This document shows positions 61,792-64,000 of a stretch of 64,000 nt of DNA, one piece after another. The stretch is from Cenarchaeum sp. GTDB lineage: Archaea > Thermoproteota > Nitrososphaeria > Nitrososphaerales > Nitrosopumilaceae. The DNA is taken from assembly GCA_963693095.2 (NCBI GenBank), contig OY843768.1, positions 1,856,001 to 1,920,000 of the forward strand, written 5' to 3'. Under the pieces are notes generated by a model. That model ran no database searches. It was not told where the DNA came from and saw only the letters and a program-made list of their open reading frames with translations. A program made the position numbers and the translations under genes. Position 1 is the stretch's first letter. Every line of letters begins with the position of its first letter.

Positions 61792-62022
61792 GACCCTTGG
61801 CCACCACGCCCTTCTCCATGCCCCCCCACGTCAGGAGGCACGTCAGGAGGATCGACATGCGCCTGGCCGCCGCCGCGCCGCCCTTGAGCCGGGCCGCTCA
61901 CCCTGCGGCGCACGACCACGTCGCGCAGCTCCCTCTCTGCGGCGTTGTTTGTGGGCGCGACGCCGGCGTGCTCGAAGGCGAACAGCCGCGGCAGGGCGCG
62001 GCAGAGCCTGGCCGACGCGCGC
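61761..62022 (-). mobile_element. IS66-family remnant: transposase C-terminus plus right end
   Basis: Minus strand translates 'LFAFEHAGVAPTNNAAERELRDVVVRRRVSG'; TIR GGTATGAGGTCAGCAC at 61761-61776. Confidence 0.82.
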
Positions 62023-62023
62023 C

Positions 62024-62959
62024 CTACCCCTCCACGATGACCCTTGCAGACCTCTTTGGGTCTATGGAGGCGCCCGCGCTAAACTGCGCGCCAATCCTGC
62101 ACACGTGCTCGGCCTGCTCCATGCGAACCTCCAGTCCGCTCAGTGCCACGCTGACTGAATCCCTTGCGGCCACTAGTGCGCTGCCCCCTCCAATGTCCAT
62201 GCCTCCCCAAAATGCGGGGCTCACCACGACGTCCATGCCATTGACGTCCATGCTGCCTGCTCGCAGGTCACCGCCCTCCAGGAGCTGAATGGCGTGCCTG
62301 GGCGTCATTACGCAAAACACCCCGCCCGGAAACTCGACGCCCACGCTATTGTCCACTATGGTCCGCGCAACTTCTAGCAGGTCATTGCCTCCCAGCATGT
62401 TCTTTCCGTCAACTGTGCGCGAATTCGCCTGGTTTTGAATGTACAGTGTGCGTGCAAGGGCCGAATCATTCGTATTGATCAGGCTGGTGTGGACTAGATT
62501 TTCCACGACTGCGATCACCCCGTCACGTATGGAGGCGAGCAGGTCGCGCGCCACGTTCTGGGGATTTCCTGCCATGTCATTCCGGCTCACCTGGTGCCAC
62601 ATTGACCAATGCCTGGGGGCGCCCGTCATTATCGTATAGCATGATCTCGCATCCTGTGGGCCACCCTGTAGCGCCTGTGCCGGGCGTGGGGCATCAGCCA
62701 CGATGCGCCTCCATGGCTCGCCAGGGCGCGGCCTTGCCACCCTTGCATAATCCAGCACGGAGCGGTGTGGCCTTGGCATTATGCGTGAAATGTCCAAATG
62801 CCAGACGCTGTCGCCTTTTGGCTGATGGTCAATCTCTCCCACAATGTCGCCGCCCCGCTGTTCTAGTTCTGGCCAGACAGGTTTACCGCTGCTAAACGCG
62901 TCAGTTATCACCTGGCAGGTATCATCCCACTCTTGATCCCTTGCGCCCCGCGTCTTCAT
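62024..62959 (-). CDS. putative HK97-fold major-capsid-like protein (orphan)
   Basis: 'SVLDYARV', spine-helix-like 'VSRNDMAGNPQNVARDLLASIRDGVIAVVE', 'CVMTPRHAIQLL', 'GMDVVVS', terminal 'IDPKRSARV'. Confidence 0.55.
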   Translation of the reverse strand: MKTRGARDQEWDDTCQVITDAFSSGKPVWPELEQRGGDIVGEIDHQPKGDSVWHLDISRIMPRPHRSVLDYARVARPRPGEPWRRIVADAPRPAQALQGGPQDARSCYTIMTGAPRHWSMWHQVSRNDMAGNPQNVARDLLASIRDGVIAVVENLVHTSLINTNDSALARTLYIQNQANSRTVDGKNMLGGNDLLEVARTIVDNSVGVEFPGGVFCVMTPRHAIQLLEGGDLRAGSMDVNGMDVVVSPAFWGGMDIGGGSALVAARDSVSVALSGLEVRMEQAEHVCRIGAQFSAGASIDPKRSARVIVEG

Positions 62960-63401
62960 TGTGGGGTTATGAGGGTGGCACGTATATGAATTGTTGCTGT
63001 GCCCTGGCCAATTGACAAAGAATACACCGACTCTTGTGAACATGTCCTATCGCCGCTAGTTGAGGAGAAACCACGTTCACGCTGCCCTGACTGTGGAGAG
63101 TCTTTTCGCTGGAATCATGCGACAGACCCCCGTTGTGACAAGCACATCCTTGGCCTCGTCCGTGAACTCATCTCCTGATCTTTGATCAACGTGTGGCCTG
63201 ACATGTCCTGCTGGCGACGGATCTGCTCGCAGTGACTGCGGGGAGGACCCCACAGGCGCCCCCGGAACTGCCCAGGGAACCCGGGCGCCAGACTCTTTTA
63301 ATGTGGCACCATACTGCGCCCTCGCCGATGAGCGCGATTATGCGTGCCTTGCAGGCAGGGCGCCATGGGCAGGATGCGCCATGCCGGGGGCCGACGTGGG
63401 C

Positions 63402-63872
63402 ATGACTCCACGGAGCGGGTTAGAGGACGAGGTCGGGGGTCTGCTGGAGCGCATAGGCCTAGATCTAGTGAAGGCAAACCACATACTGTACAGGAAGGAC
63501 GGGAGCGAGGAGGCCGAGATCGACCTCGTCTTTAGTCTCGGAAACGCGACGTTTATCGTCGAGGTCACCGAAAGCGCACAAGAGGAGACGAGGCGCAAAA
63601 AGCGCAAAGAGCTCAGGGAGTGGACGGGGCGAGGCATGATAGGCAGGATATCTGGGGAGCTCGGGCTGCGATCAGACAACCACACTAGGATCGTTTACGT
63701 GTCTCTTGCCACAGAGGGTCGGGTGCGACCCGTCATTGACGGGAATGTTGTCCTGCTTCACTCTGACCATATGAAAGATCTTTCAGACTGTGTCGATGCT
63801 GATCCCTGGCACGCGCTAGAGATTTTTGTAGAGTTTTGCGGCCTAGGGGACGTGTTCAACCCGAACGCATGA
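63402..63872 (+). CDS. restriction-endonuclease-fold protein (E-V-T variant)
   Basis: 'AEIDLVF......FIVEVT'; full-length paralog of 34065..34535. Confidence 0.65.
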   Translation: MTPRSGLEDEVGGLLERIGLDLVKANHILYRKDGSEEAEIDLVFSLGNATFIVEVTESAQEETRRKKRKELREWTGRGMIGRISGELGLRSDNHTRIVYVSLATEGRVRPVIDGNVVLLHSDHMKDLSDCVDADPWHALEIFVEFCGLGDVFNPNA

Positions 63873-64000
63873 GGCCGGACTGCTTGACCAGTAATTCCAC
63901 ACTGCCATTCACTAACGGTGATGTATGTGAGTTAGGGGCGTCAAAAATCCATGCCAAGCAAGTCGGTGATATGCCATATTTCTGCCAGCAAGGGCACGCC

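Noticed and set aside
33400-64000. Intact provirus
   Set aside because: No recognisable integrase, terminase, portal, tail or replication genes; gene orientation is scrambled

Overview
High-GC archaeal DNA whose gene content points to an ammonia-oxidising Nitrososphaeria (Thaumarchaeota; Nitrosopumilaceae/Cenarchaeum-like, plausibly a host-associated lineage; the taxonomy is inferred from protein families). From about 1.5 to 33.3 kb it is mostly core genome: heme-copper oxidase (split coxB, coxA, di-cupredoxin, ctaA), a cluster of secreted blue-copper/PEFG-CTERM/CFI-box proteins, an S8 subtilase, Rieske plus cytochrome b plus cupredoxin, tRNA-Arg(TCT), OGG glycosylase, beta-CASP RNase, ferredoxin, tgtA, a nucleotide kinase, ychF and kae1. 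Two insertions interrupt this core: a low-GC TGT-fold-like gene and a TPR / HARE-HTH nuclease / TPR cassette. From 33.4 to 64 kb is an accessory island. It holds four full 1100-bp IS630 copies and one deleted copy, IS66 remnants, many TPR genes, several small restriction-endonuclease-fold proteins and three SocA/Panacea-like genes. It also holds four copies of an unrecognised 'FENTFA' protein, three of them divergently paired with TPR genes, and two orphan genes whose products look like HK97-fold capsid/encapsulin proteins with no viral packaging genes nearby. All calls come from motif reading by eye; no database searches were run.
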